Positions 20,725 to 31,506 of a DNA stretch of 64,000 nt are shown one piece after another. The first letter of the stretch is position 1. Each line of letters starts with the position of its first letter. The position numbers were made by a program, and so were the translations under genes. The stretch lies in contig CAXXLF010000002.1 of assembly GCA_963664015.2 (NCBI GenBank), positions 544,001 through 608,000 of the forward strand, written 5' to 3'. This DNA is from Candidatus Binatia bacterium (lineage in GTDB: Bacteria; Desulfobacterota; Binatia; UBA9968; CAXXLF01). Below the pieces are notes generated by a model that searched no databases, was not told the origin of the DNA, and saw only the letters and a list, made by a program, of their open reading frames with translations.

Positions 20725-21681
20725 TCAGGCCCAGTAGGCAAAGGCCATGCCGCAGCCGGTCCCAGCCGGCGAGCGGTAGGTCGGAACATAGTCGATCAGT
20801 TTCATCGGACTCGGGTCCATCACTCCTGCCAGGGCAACCCAGTTGAGGATCTCGGAGGTTCCACCACGCATTTTCTCTCTAGGCAACCGGCAGAGTCCGT
20901 CTTTGTCACGAGTTGTCATCGCATCAATAACCACCCGATCCAGTTCTTCGTCAATGATAGTATGACTCAGCCCCCCCGAGGCGATCACGGCTACCCGGCT
21001 ATCTCCGTCCCAGGACTCGATGGTCTTACGAACGGCCTGGCCCAGCGCAAAGCACCGCCGGGGAGTCGGCTGGTTGGGCGGATAGTAAGTATTCACCATG
21101 ATGGGCACCATGGGTACCGTAGTCCCGGGCCAGAGGCGGCGGTAAAGGAAACTAAAAGCGTGCCCGATGCCGATCTCCTCGCGCAAACGGTTACAGCGAG
21201 TCACATCGAACTCTTCCTGTGTCAGTGATTGGATCAGGTGCTCCGCGAGCCCCTTACCGTTGGGATACTCACCTGCCGTTTCCGCCCAGCGTTGTTCTTC
21301 CGCCTCCTTCCAGGGCGATCTTTTGTTTCCCGTGTGCTTGACGACGGGGATCGACTGTCCGTGATAAACCGCAAAGGTTGGCATATTGTCGTCATGAAAC
21401 TGCTCGTGCTGGTCGTCACCGAAAATGACGACCACGTCGGGTTTGGCCTCTTCAAGCATACGTCCTAACTGGGCAATGGCGTTCTGGCACGCATCGTCGC
21501 GCTCTTGCCACTTTTCCTGCGTAAGTTCGTCGGCAATATCGGGCTTCGCTGTCTTTATCAACCCCTGATAATCCATGCGCGGATCGCGTTCGTCTTTTTC
21601 TCTCATCAAGTTCCAATGCTTAGCGCTAACGCTAAGCTGAGGGCTATGGGACGTGCCCAATCCGAGAACAATGTTAGCCAT
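20725..21681 (-). CDS. LigB-like class III extradiol ring-cleavage dioxygenase
   Basis: TSHSP, GDDQHE, GHAF, SGGLSH and SEILNW motifs. Confidence 0.88.
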   Translation of the reverse strand: MANIVLGLGTSHSPQLSVSAKHWNLMREKDERDPRMDYQGLIKTAKPDIADELTQEKWQERDDACQNAIAQLGRMLEEAKPDVVVIFGDDQHEQFHDDNMPTFAVYHGQSIPVVKHTGNKRSPWKEAEEQRWAETAGEYPNGKGLAEHLIQSLTQEEFDVTRCNRLREEIGIGHAFSFLYRRLWPGTTVPMVPIMVNTYYPPNQPTPRRCFALGQAVRKTIESWDGDSRVAVIASGGLSHTIIDEELDRVVIDAMTTRDKDGLCRLPREKMRGGTSEILNWVALAGVMDPSPMKLIDYVPTYRSPAGTGCGMAFAYWA

Positions 21682-21826
21682 AAGTGTAATCTCCCTGTTA
21701 CCGATACACGGAAGCGATACGACTATGAATTGACTTGGCCCGGTTAAAGATGGCCAATCTTGTCGGAGATGGACTTGCTTGTCAATACAATCCGAGGGTG
21801 AGAAGGGTGCTGGGTGGCCGGTAATT

Positions 21827-22423
21827 CTACCGCCGTGACCTGCCTAAACTGGGGAGCAGCAAACCGACACCCCTCAGCCTGCGCAGCAGGTAATGCAGCG
21901 CCACATAGTCGTACAAAGCATGGACAACCATGGCCACCAGGAGGTTGTCGGACACGATGACAAGTGCTCCAAGGTAGCAGCCCAGCAACCCGGCCAGGGC
22001 GGCGTAGGTCGGGGTGATGAAATGGCCCAATCCGAATAGGACACTACTCACGCCCAGAGCTACCCAACGGTCCATGTAAGCACCGAGCCACCCCTGGATG
22101 ACACCGCGGAACAGGGCCTCTTCACCGATCCCGGCAAGCAGGGAGATACCAACGAGTTGAAGCGGCGAGGCGGCAGCAAAAAGAGGGACAACGTTTTCCT
22201 CGACCTCCGCCATCAGGTGCCGGAAGGGCCTCCAGGGTAAGCGGGTACACACCCACATGGCCAGGAGCGCGGGCAGCGTGGCCATGCCCCCCCACCCAAG
22301 GGACTGCCAATTCAGGCGGACCCGTTCCCATGGTGGTACGGCCACTGCCCACCCCAAGACCCAGGCTAGAACGATGAGAGAAGCCTCGAAGGCAAGTGCA
22401 AATTTTATAATCTTTCCTCTCAT
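21827..22423 (-). CDS. CPBP (Abi/CAAX) family intramembrane protease
   Basis: EEALFRG, FGLGH and HALYD motifs; start ATG 22423 preceded by GGAGG. Confidence 0.88.
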   Translation of the reverse strand: MRGKIIKFALAFEASLIVLAWVLGWAVAVPPWERVRLNWQSLGWGGMATLPALLAMWVCTRLPWRPFRHLMAEVEENVVPLFAAASPLQLVGISLLAGIGEEALFRGVIQGWLGAYMDRWVALGVSSVLFGLGHFITPTYAALAGLLGCYLGALVIVSDNLLVAMVVHALYDYVALHYLLRRLRGVGLLLPSLGRSRR

Positions 22424-22424
22424 G

Positions 22425-22532
22425 AAGCCTCCACGGGATACGCCCGTGCTATTGTTCCTTATCTTTGGCGGAGTCCGCCGAGACATCCTCATTGCCTACG
22501 CCGCCGAAGCAGCGCTTCGGCGGCGAATGCAG
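22425..22532. repeat. ~110-bp multi-hairpin dispersed repeat, copy A
   Basis: Aligns by eye along its full length with 24693-24803; hairpins CACGGG..CCCGTG, GGCGGA..TCCGCC and CGCCGCCGAAGC..GCTTCGGCGGCG. Confidence 0.85.
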
Positions 22533-23029
22533 ATAAAACAGCTTAGCGAAAAATAGGCCTTTAGACTTACAAAAATTCAAACTTGGGATAAAAAGGACAG
22601 GGATATTGACTCTACCTCTTCTATGGAATATTAAGTCTTCCATTGATCATGCTCAAGCGTCGCGGGATTGGCTGGGGCGCGCAACGATCTGCATGGATCG
22701 CTTGAGATAAAACCCTTACATTACGAATGGTTAGATTGACTTTAACGGAGTCCATGAATACTATTGATTTGGATTCATCCCTTTGGGATGACAGGATCGA
22801 ACACCCAGCGGGCACCATACCGACGAGGATAGCACAGGCTTCGAGCAAATTCTTTTTGTTTTTAGCCGTGTTTTTCGCGATTTTGGTACCGTCCCAACAC
22901 GATTCGGACCTTCTATCGCCAGGCTGAGGCCAGGAAAACGCACCGGCTAAAACGGGATTTCGCGAGGCCTATCTTCCCCAATCCGTAGAATCCGCCCTCC
23001 CCACCATTGACAGCCGGACGCTTCATGCC

Positions 23030-23419
23030 TTGACCGCCTCCCTTGAATCGAACCGCCGTTACCAAGGGATTATCCACTCGGCCGCCCGACAGAATGAAAT
23101 CTACCCTTATCTTGTCCTGGGCGTCATGAAGGCTGAATCAAACTTCAATACCGACGCCGTCTCTCGACGTGGTGCCGTTGGATTGATGCAACTCATGCCG
23201 CCCACAGCACGGATGCACAATATTGCCAACGTATATAACCCGTCGCAGAATATTCACGGAGGCGTACGCCACTTGAGGTTGCTGGTTGACCGCTTCGGCA
23301 GCGATCTCCAGCTCACCATCGCTGCTTACAACGCCGGGTCCAGAGCGGTCAAGAGATACAACGCCGTTCCGCCCTACTCGGAGACGCGAAAATACGTCAA
23401 GCGCGTCTTCACCTACTAA
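23030..23419 (+). pseudogene. Lytic transglycosylase (SLT domain), apparently eroded at both ends
   Basis: AESNF, GAVGLMQL, AYNAG and PPYSETRKYV motifs. No signal peptide or good start in frame; ends abruptly at TAA in an A-run. Confidence 0.65.
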
Positions 23420-23701
23420 AAATTTATCGTGAGAGTGAGTTGACTCTGCTGGGCGAGTTATCTTCCCGTTAAGAACGATCCGGGGCCGAGTTTTTCTAAG
23501 GAACCTTTTCTTCGATACCTTCCAGTATCACGGTCGGTTTCCTACGAGAGATAGGTGTCATAGGGGTCATCTTGGAGCAGCAAGGTGCAGTGATGAACTG
23601 GGTTTACCTATAGGGGGCACGGGTATCGTTTCTCGGAGTGAAAAGGAAATATCGATGGAACGAGGAGAGCTGAAAGAAGGCCACAACCACACCAAGGGGG
23701 T

Positions 23702-24397
23702 TCACAGTTTGATGGGCATACGGCCGGTTAGGATGATCCCCTGCGGGCTAACTCGCGCGACATAGGCCAGAACCTTGACACCTGCCTTGACTGCCTTTCT
23801 GAGCCAGACCCCGTACTCACTATCAATCTCGTCGGCAGGCCTCATGATCGAACAATCCGCCCTCTGGACCACGAAGACCAGGGCCGCCCCCTCACCCCGT
23901 TTGCGTAAACGGATCAACTCCTTCAGGTGTTTGGTCCCACGCACCGTTACCGCATCGGGAAACGCGGCAACCCCATCGTTGGCCAGGGTCACGCTTTTTA
24001 CCTCCACGTAGCAGCGCGCATTAGGCTTCTGGAGACAGAGGTCCAGTCGGCTGTGCTTGCTGACCCACACCTCCCTAAGAATCTGCGGGTAGCCCCTTAG
24101 CTCCCGAATGATCCCCGCCTGAATCGCTTCGGACACCAGCAGGTTGGGGTAGGCCGTATTGATTCCCACCCACGTCTTTCCTACCCGCACCAATTCCCAG
24201 GTGTAGCGAAGGCGCCGGTGGGGCTCCGAGCGGCGCGACAAATAGACCTCGCTCCCCGGTTCCATGCAGCCCGTCATCCTCCCCGAATTAACGCAGTGGG
24301 CCGTTACCACCCGTCCATTGCGGAGGCGAATATCCGAAAGAAAACGCTTGTAACGTTGGATGAGGGTTCCTTGAAGAAGGCGCGATGAAAAAATCAT
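23702..24397 (-). CDS. sfsA: DNA/RNA nuclease SfsA
   Basis: RYKRFL, HCVNSGRM, SRLD, EVKSVTL and FPDAVTVRGTKHL motifs. Confidence 0.93.
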   Translation of the reverse strand: MIFSSRLLQGTLIQRYKRFLSDIRLRNGRVVTAHCVNSGRMTGCMEPGSEVYLSRRSEPHRRLRYTWELVRVGKTWVGINTAYPNLLVSEAIQAGIIRELRGYPQILREVWVSKHSRLDLCLQKPNARCYVEVKSVTLANDGVAAFPDAVTVRGTKHLKELIRLRKRGEGAALVFVVQRADCSIMRPADEIDSEYGVWLRKAVKAGVKVLAYVARVSPQGIILTGRMPIKL

Positions 24398-24483
24398 GAA
24401 GGATTGGCCGCCGGCGAACCCCTGGCGGGTCTTAACATCAGTGGTTGGGTTATGTGAAAAAACATGCCCGGTGGTATGCACCC

Positions 24484-24669
24484 ATGGAACAAAAAAATCA
24501 ACTGCGTAAGATTCGTAAGTCGAGGCTCCTGGGAAAAACGGAACTTGCTTGTATGGCCGGGCTCTCGCTTCTCACCATCGATCGGATCGAGAAAGGAAGG
24601 AACTGTCGGCTGGCAACGCAACGTAAGATCCTCCTTGCCCTGGGCCTCAAAACGAGTCAGAGAAACTAG
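24484..24669 (+). CDS. Small XRE-family helix-turn-helix regulator; TAG may be premature
   Basis: NQLRKIR...ELACMAGLSLLTIDRIEKG...RKILLALG; frame continues as VFNP after the TAG. Confidence 0.75.
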   Translation: MEQKNQLRKIRKSRLLGKTELACMAGLSLLTIDRIEKGRNCRLATQRKILLALGLKTSQRN

Positions 24670-24692
24670 GTATTCAATCCGCCCCGGCAATT

Positions 24693-24803
24693 AAGCCTCC
24701 ACGGACCTACGCCCGTGGTATCCTTCCTTTTTCTTCGGCGGAATCCACCGATGCACCCTCCTAGCCTACTCCGCCGAAGGAGCCGCTTCGGCTGCGAAGG
24801 CGG
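24693..24803. repeat. ~110-bp multi-hairpin dispersed repeat, copy B
   Basis: Same orientation and hairpins as 22425-22532. Confidence 0.85.
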
Positions 24804-24817
24804 TCAAAGGCAGTAGG

Positions 24818-25237
24818 CTATCTTCCGGTCGGTTCCTTCAACTCCAGGAGCGCCTCGCCTTCCGGTATACCAAAAGTGAATTGGAATCGGTCACCGATTT
24901 GGTCTTTCCCGCTACCGCGTCCCTTGCCCCATCCGGTCACGACATAACGGGCCTTCACCGTCCTGCCGTCCTTACATTCCAGAGTAACGCCTCCCTCCTC
25001 TCCGGGAGGTGCAACCTTGCTTTTGGACCGCCCCACGCACCGGATGCCGCTCTTGACCCCCTTCAGCTCGATGCTCCCCAGTCCCGTCATGGTTTCGGAT
25101 AGGACGACACCCCGGAACAGCTCATCGCTCCGGTCGAAACGGCCGTAGACCGGGTAATGGGTCGCACACGAGGAGAGAACCCCACAACCGGCAGTCATCA
25201 AAAAACATATAAAGGTTTTTCTTGCGCTCATCATCAA
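24818..25237 (-). CDS. Hypothetical lipoprotein
   Basis: Signal peptide with LSSC lipobox; Gly-rich beta-type body with two Cys. Confidence 0.7.
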   Translation of the reverse strand: MMMSARKTFICFLMTAGCGVLSSCATHYPVYGRFDRSDELFRGVVLSETMTGLGSIELKGVKSGIRCVGRSKSKVAPPGEEGGVTLECKDGRTVKARYVVTGWGKGRGSGKDQIGDRFQFTFGIPEGEALLELKEPTGR

Positions 25238-25400
25238 GAGAAGAGCCCCCCCATAACACGGGATGAACCGGCAGGGGAACGGCCTACCTCAACCATCCCC
25301 GTCGCCCCCCCTTAGCCCCCCTGAGTTTGACATCTCGACGGCAAAAGAAAAAGATAACCCACCGGCGGATACAGGATTTTCATCCGTGTGGCGGACCCCA

Positions 25401-26796
25401 ATGACCTTCTTAGAATCAGGAGCAGGAATCGCATACGGTCTTCGAGACCTGCCAAAGCATCTCAACCTTCTCACCGTGTCTCACGGGTTCGTCGGTTGGG
25501 TCTTCAGCATCACCGGCCCGATGCTGATCCTCCTGAGCGTGGCCGAACAGGGAAATCTACCGGAAGACATCACGGTTTCGTGGATCTTTATCGGACTACT
25601 GTCGGCGGAGTTACCAGCTGGATCCTTTCGCTCTACTATCGCCAACCGTTGACCGCCGCCATAACCATCCCGGGAATGGTGCTGTCGGCACGGCCCTTCG
25701 TCACATAACGTTCGCCGAGGCCACCGGCGCCTATTGAGTCACCGGTATCCTCCTTATCCTCATAGCCGTGAGCGGCAGGATCCGATCCGTTATGGAGTGG
25801 TTCCCGCACCCCATTATCATGGCCATGGTGGCCGGTGTCTTCTTACCTTTTGGTCTCAATATCATCGGGGCATGGGCATCGGCCCCGTGGATAGCGATAC
25901 CGGCGGCCCTGGTCTTCCTGGGCATCTCATTGTTCACAAATCTGGCCAGGTCCTTCTCCCCCATCCTCGGAGGAATCCTCGTTGCCATTGTCATGACGGC
26001 TTTGACCGGTCAGGTCCATTCCGAGTTCTTTCAAATCGAATTCGCCCAACTCCTATGGATCAGCCCCGCCTGGAGCATCCCGGCAATCACCGAATTAAGC
26101 GTCCCTCTCCTTCTGAGCGTGGTTGCCGTCCACAATGCGCAGGGGTACATGGTCCTCAGAATGGCAGACTATAAACCTCCCCTGACCGCCATGACCTGGG
26201 CATCCGGTCTGGGCACCATAGCAAATGCGCTGTTCCGCTGCGCTCCGGCCTGCATCACGGGTCCCATGACCGCAATCATCTCTCGCCCAATGGCCGGTCC
26301 CCCCGAGGGTCGCTATGCGGCGGGATTCGTCGTCGGCACCCTGTGGATAATCGCCGCCATCTTTGCTCCGTTCGTCGTCGCGGGCAGGGAGATTCTCCCG
26401 GCTATACTCATCAACCTGCTTACGGGCTTGGCTTTATTTTCCGTACTGTGCAACGCCTTTGTAAGCGCGTTCGAGGGCCCGTTTCGTTTCGGCGACCTCA
26501 CCTGCTTTTTGCTGACTATTTCAGAGGTAACGATCTTGAACGTGGGGGCCCCTTTTTAGGGGATGGTCGCCGGTCTGCTGATATCGGCCATCCTGGAACA
26601 GAGGGACTTTCAACGCCCGAGTGGTTCCAGGGCCAAGGAACTGATTACGGTCGAGAGATCAGGACGATTCCTCCAGCACCGATACCGGTCACGTCAGGGA
26701 GAAAACACCGTATTGACACCACTTCCCAAATGCATCATGTTTCCCAATCATCAAACTGCTTTCCCCGTCAACGTTTCGCTGTCCCTAGTCTATTAG
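25401..26796 (+). pseudogene. Benzoate/H+ symporter BenE family, multiply disrupted
   Basis: SLYYRQPL..A.TIPG, PHPIIMAMVAGVFL, NAQG and VGAPF motifs. Frameshifts near 25600 and 25690, TGA at 25735-25737, TAG at 26557-26559. Confidence 0.85.
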
Positions 26797-26806
26797 GAGA
26801 ATACCC

Positions 26807-27676
26807 ATGCCATCAGCCAAGGAACGTCGGTTGAAACTCCGTGAATTGATAAGACCCGCTGGGCTCGTCGTCGCACCCAGCGCCTTCAATGCACTGAGCG
26901 CGCGGCTAGTCGAAGATGCGGGCTTCAACGCCATTCACGTATCGGGAAGCGCCATCAACCGCTTCCATGCCTACGCGGATCTCGGCCTGCTGGGCATCAC
27001 CGAGATGGTTGCGATCCACGAGCGCATCGTGGAGGCCACCTCGGTACCGGTTATCGGAGATGCCGAATCGGGTTTCGGGGCGGCGGTCCACACCGTTCGA
27101 ACCGTCCAGGCATACGAGCGCGCGGGGCTCGCGGCGATCCATATCGAGGACGATCCCTTTCCAAAGGAACTGGGGGGGCACAAGGCCCTCCCGTGCACGA
27201 AAATGATAGACAAATTAAAAGCAGCCCTCGATAGCCGCACCGACAATGACTTCATGATCGTCGCGCGCTCCAATGCCCGCGACTCGGAGTCCTTCACTCA
27301 GGTTATGGATCGTGTCTGCGCTTATGCGGAAACCGGTGCCGACGCCATATGGCCAGGGGTCCGCCTCCCAGAGGAACTGGCCGAGCTCAAGGACTTCGTC
27401 AGGCTTCCCATGGTCGGAGTACCCCCACGTCAGCAGATGTCACTCGACACCTACGCAGGCTACGGATTCAAGATCGGTTGCGTCCCGGGCATCCTCGGCC
27501 AAGCCGCCACCGCCGCTATGGCTGGGCTTTTAGAGATCTTTAAGAGAACCGGGTCGGAAGAAGGGTACTGGCGGGATCAGCCAGATTCCTCCCGATGGCG
27601 TCGATGGTTCAGCGATCTGGGCAAGAGAGAGGCAGAGGCCGTGTCCCGCCCGGCGAAACCAACACCGAAACAATAA
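26807..27676 (+). CDS. Isocitrate lyase/PEP mutase superfamily protein
   Basis: SG, DLGLL, DAESGFG, HIED and IVARS motifs; RBS AGGAG. Confidence 0.9.
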   Translation: MPSAKERRLKLRELIRPAGLVVAPSAFNALSARLVEDAGFNAIHVSGSAINRFHAYADLGLLGITEMVAIHERIVEATSVPVIGDAESGFGAAVHTVRTVQAYERAGLAAIHIEDDPFPKELGGHKALPCTKMIDKLKAALDSRTDNDFMIVARSNARDSESFTQVMDRVCAYAETGADAIWPGVRLPEELAELKDFVRLPMVGVPPRQQMSLDTYAGYGFKIGCVPGILGQAATAAMAGLLEIFKRTGSEEGYWRDQPDSSRWRRWFSDLGKREAEAVSRPAKPTPKQ

Positions 27677-28084
27677 CCTCCCAACCAGGGTTTCAGCAGA
27701 TTCATCAGGAATCGAGCCTCATACTAGAAATACCCTTCATATTCATCTGCAACGACCTTAAATTATGGGCTATTATCTTTAGTCATCTTGCCGTTTAAAA
27801 ATTCGCACTTGACGCCGAGGCCCCAGACGGTTTATAAAGCGGGGCTATGTTTTGAGGCTAGGATAGCTCTGAGGTGTTCTGTGAAGACACGCCGCTTCGA
27901 ATAAAACACCTTTATGACAAGATCGCGACTATGCAAAAGTCGATGGACGAGCTAAAACCGGACAGCCTGACGAGCCTGAAACGAGGTCGGTACCAAAAGC
28001 CCGCGCCGGCAATCGGACACCCACCCAAAAAGCGAGAGGACGATCCTGACCGCAATTGATCAAGGGGACGGCTCCTGAACAGGA

Positions 28085-28783
28085 GTGAATCACAGCTTGA
28101 GAGTTATGTATAGTAGGCTATGGTCTATCGTTGGAACTATAATTCTTAGCGTCGTGATCCTCGGACAGTCGGTGGCGTCCGAGCAATTGAGAAAGTGGAA
28201 TTTTCCAGTTCAGGACATCCATGGTAAACCGATTACCATTGAGACTTTCCTTGACAGAGTGACAGTGATCTATTTCTCGACCCAACAAAGTAAAACCAAA
28301 GATATGGAGTTGGGACAGGAGATCGGCGCGAGGTTCGGCCTCAAACGCGGGTATCAGAGTATTGCTATCCCCAACACATCTGCTGTCCCCATGTGGGCGC
28401 GATTCGTCGCCACCATCAAGATCGCCTTGGCCGAGAAGCGCGCCGTAAGTGAGGCTATCGAGCGCCAACAGGCCAATGGCAACATGGAGATCACGGAAGA
28501 GGAAATCCGGAATAAAATCATCTTTATCAACGATAAGGATGGAAAGGTATGGAATCGCATGGGACTGAGCGCAGCACCCACCAATAGCTTTCTAGGGGTG
28601 ATCGACAGGACCGGGACCATGGTGTACCTCCAAGAGGCACCTATCAACATGGACAAGTTGTTCGGTGTGCTGGAGAAACAGTTCGACGGGGAGAACCCAC
28701 GCTGGTCAACCTGGTCAGTACCACGAACTCAGCCTACACCCACGAATATCAGCACCGGATCCACCCAAACACAGGATCAGTAA
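28085..28783 (+). CDS. Hypothetical exported protein, thioredoxin-like fold without CxxC
   Basis: Signal peptide; FPVQDIHGK and VIDRTGTMVY resemble redoxin/AhpC strands. Confidence 0.6.
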   Translation: MNHSLRVMYSRLWSIVGTIILSVVILGQSVASEQLRKWNFPVQDIHGKPITIETFLDRVTVIYFSTQQSKTKDMELGQEIGARFGLKRGYQSIAIPNTSAVPMWARFVATIKIALAEKRAVSEAIERQQANGNMEITEEEIRNKIIFINDKDGKVWNRMGLSAAPTNSFLGVIDRTGTMVYLQEAPINMDKLFGVLEKQFDGENPRWSTWSVPRTQPTPTNISTGSTQTQDQ

Positions 28784-28807
28784 ATAACTCCAGCAGCTCA
28801 TCACCCC

Positions 28808-29598
28808 TTATTGAATAATTCTGATTAGGTTTTCCTCCCGTCCGCTAGCTTCAAAACACGCCCGGGCCAGTGTCAAGACTAGGACCTCCCGCGCCCCCGC
28901 GCGCAACAGAACACGACTACATTCATTGACCGTAGCGCCTGACGTGTAGACGTCGTCAACGAGCAGGACCCTTATGCCCCGGACCGACTTCTTTGGATCA
29001 ACGGCAAAGGCCCCGCGCACGTTCCTCCTCCGCTGCTCTTCCGTGAGTTCGGTCTGTGCCTCAGCCTCCCTTGTCCGCAACAGGATAAACGGGTTGACGG
29101 GGATTCCCCACGAGCGACCAACTTCGCGGGATAGAATGACAGACTGATTGAAACCGCGCCAGCGGAGCCTCTTCAGGTGAAGCGGGACAGGAATGATACA
29201 ATCCAGAGAGGCTTCCTGAAAATAAGGCCGGCAGCCCGTGGCGATGAGTCTTCCCAACGGCCGCCCGAGAGAAACCTTTTCCCTTTACTTGAACTGCTGC
29301 ACGACGGTGCGTAGCGGGTTCCGGTGGACTTCACCCCGGGGGTAGCATGCCCAGGCACGGGCAAGGGAAAAAACAGGCGGCGAATCAAACAGATTCCACA
29401 GGTGTGATCCTCTCCTGCCCCATGGGGAAACGGCGTGCCACAAGCGGGGCACAGGGGATGGGTTACCAGCAGGATCTTACGGTTGCATTCAAGGCAAAAA
29501 CAACGCTCATCGGACCCCACGATGGGTTCCCTGCAAAAACGGCACCGGGGTGGGTATACAATATCAAGAAGAGAATGGAGTATGGAGTCGTACTTCAC
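28808..29598 (-). pseudogene. comF: ComF family (double zinc ribbon + PRTase), disrupted
   Basis: CxxC x4, PVPLH...RGFNQS and LLVDDVYTSGAT motifs. Frameshift near the run at 29368-29373 and TAA at 29285-29287 (FK*, normally FKY). Confidence 0.88.
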
Positions 29599-29729
29599 AA
29601 CTCAAGAAACCCCGTCATGGATAGCAACGGGCAACTCACGGGGCTCGTCATCCATCGCCTGACTCAACATCTCCACGATAGACAACAGGTTACTAGCCGT
29701 TTCTATTTTTTTCTATCCGTTATTCTCTT

Positions 29730-31277
29730 TCATTGTTGGTTACTGATCAGGCAGTGACCCGTCATTTCGACCGGTAAGGGGATGCCGAAGAGGTTGAGGA
29801 GCGTCGGAGCTATGTCGATGGCGGTTCCCGATTCCAATTTACGATTTTTAAACCTATCATCGACCAGAATCAATGGAACGTAATTCATCGTGTGGGCCGT
29901 ATGGACGGATCCCGTATCATAGTCTAGCATCTGCTCTGCATTGCCGTGGTCCGCAGTGATGACGACCCGTCCCCCAACCGCAAGCATGGCCTTCACCGCC
30001 TTGCCCACACACTGGTCAACCACCTCACAAGCGCGTTTGGTGGCCTGGAAGTTCCCCGAATGCCCGACCATATCCGTGTTGGCATAGTTGAGAAGGATGA
30101 GACCGTACTGGTCCGAGGCGATCTCCTTTAGCAACGCTCCGGTAATATCGTAGGCGCTCATTTCCGGCTTGAGATCATAGGTTGCAACATCTTTATTTGA
30201 AGGTATGAGGATCCGGTTCTCATTGGGGAAGTTCTTCTCCTCGCCTCCGTTGAAGAAATAGGTCACATGGGCGTATTTCTCCGTCTCCGCGATGCGGAGC
30301 TGCGACAGTCCCGCATCGGCGATAATCTCTCCTATGGTATGAACCAGTCGTCTGGACGGGAACGCCGCCGGAAGATTGAAGCTCGATTCGTATTCGGTCA
30401 TGGTAACAAAAGAGGAAAAGGCGATGCCACATGGGCGTGAGAACTCCTTGAAGTCTTTTTGGGTAAAGGCTCGGGTCAGCTGCCGGGCGCGGTCCGCCCT
30501 GAAGTTAAAAAAGATGACGCCATCTCCGTCCTTAACCGTCCCCTGAGACGCAGACCGGTTGATCACCGTGGGCAAAACAAACTCGTCGGTCTTTCCGTCC
30601 TGGTAGCTCTTGCGAATCGCCTCTTGAGCCGATGTGACCGTCTCCCCTGCCCCTTCGGTGAGGAGCCGATAGGCCCTTTCCGTACGGTCCCACCGCTTGT
30701 CCCGGTCCATAGCGTAGTACCGCCCGCATAGGGTTGCGATCTTGGCCTCTGGATAGGCCTTGAGCTTTTCTTCGAGGTCACGTACAAATCCCTCGCCGGC
30801 GGTAGGCGAGGTGTCGCGCCCGTCCAGAAAGAGGTGGAGGAAGATCTCGACCACCTTCTGCCGCCGCGCGAGTTCGATCAACGCCTCAAGATGACGCTGG
30901 TGGCTATGAACCCCGCCGTCGCCGAGAAGCCCCATGAGATGGAGCCGCCGACCGGAAGATTGCACGGCCTTCATGCCCGCGATTAATTGCTCATTGGAAA
31001 AGAAGCTGCCGTCATCGATGGCGCGGTGGATCAGGGTCAGGTCCTGAAAGACGACCCTTCCGCATCCCAGATGCATGTGGCCGACTTCCGAATTCCCCAT
31101 CTGCCCCTCGGGTAGACCGACATCGAGACCCGATACACCGATGGCGCTGGACGGATAACTGGTGAGCAGCGCATCCAGGTTCGGAGTCAATGCCTCGTAG
31201 ATGGCATTACCTTCGTGACGGGAATTGATTCCCCAACCATCAAGGATAATGAAGAGTAAGGATCGTTGGTCTTGCAC
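29730..31277 (-). CDS. gpmI: 2,3-bisphosphoglycerate-independent phosphoglycerate mutase
   Basis: ILDGWG, GQMGNSEVGH, AETEKYAHVT and TADHGN motifs. Confidence 0.97.
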   Translation of the reverse strand: MQDQRSLLFIILDGWGINSRHEGNAIYEALTPNLDALLTSYPSSAIGVSGLDVGLPEGQMGNSEVGHMHLGCGRVVFQDLTLIHRAIDDGSFFSNEQLIAGMKAVQSSGRRLHLMGLLGDGGVHSHQRHLEALIELARRQKVVEIFLHLFLDGRDTSPTAGEGFVRDLEEKLKAYPEAKIATLCGRYYAMDRDKRWDRTERAYRLLTEGAGETVTSAQEAIRKSYQDGKTDEFVLPTVINRSASQGTVKDGDGVIFFNFRADRARQLTRAFTQKDFKEFSRPCGIAFSSFVTMTEYESSFNLPAAFPSRRLVHTIGEIIADAGLSQLRIAETEKYAHVTYFFNGGEEKNFPNENRILIPSNKDVATYDLKPEMSAYDITGALLKEIASDQYGLILLNYANTDMVGHSGNFQATKRACEVVDQCVGKAVKAMLAVGGRVVITADHGNAEQMLDYDTGSVHTAHTMNYVPLILVDDRFKNRKLESGTAIDIAPTLLNLFGIPLPVEMTGHCLISNQQ

Positions 31278-31355
31278 GAAATACTCCGCTGCTTCTTACC
31301 GATTAAATGTTCAACAGAGCGACGTCAAGAACCCCGAAAACAAATTTTCCAATTG

Positions 31356-31390
31356 CTCCGAACTTGGCGCCCTTTGCGTCTTTGCGCGAG
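31356..31390. repeat. Short REP-like element, uninterrupted copy
   Basis: CTCCGAACTTGGCGCCCTTTGCGTCTTTGCGCGAG; matches the flanks at 33901-33974. Confidence 0.75.
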
Positions 31391-31506
31391 TAGCTTTTTT
31401 TCCAAATCCCTAATTGCGAATTCAAGGGAACATTTCAAACATATCTGGGTAGTCTTTAGTTTATCTATTTCAATCTTGCGCAACGGACCCGAGATGCCCC
31501 AGCGCC

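Noticed and set aside
27840-28084. Riboswitch or small ORF in the long leader upstream of the exported protein
   Set aside because: No riboswitch consensus recognised; the 61-aa ORF has no motif or clear RBS.
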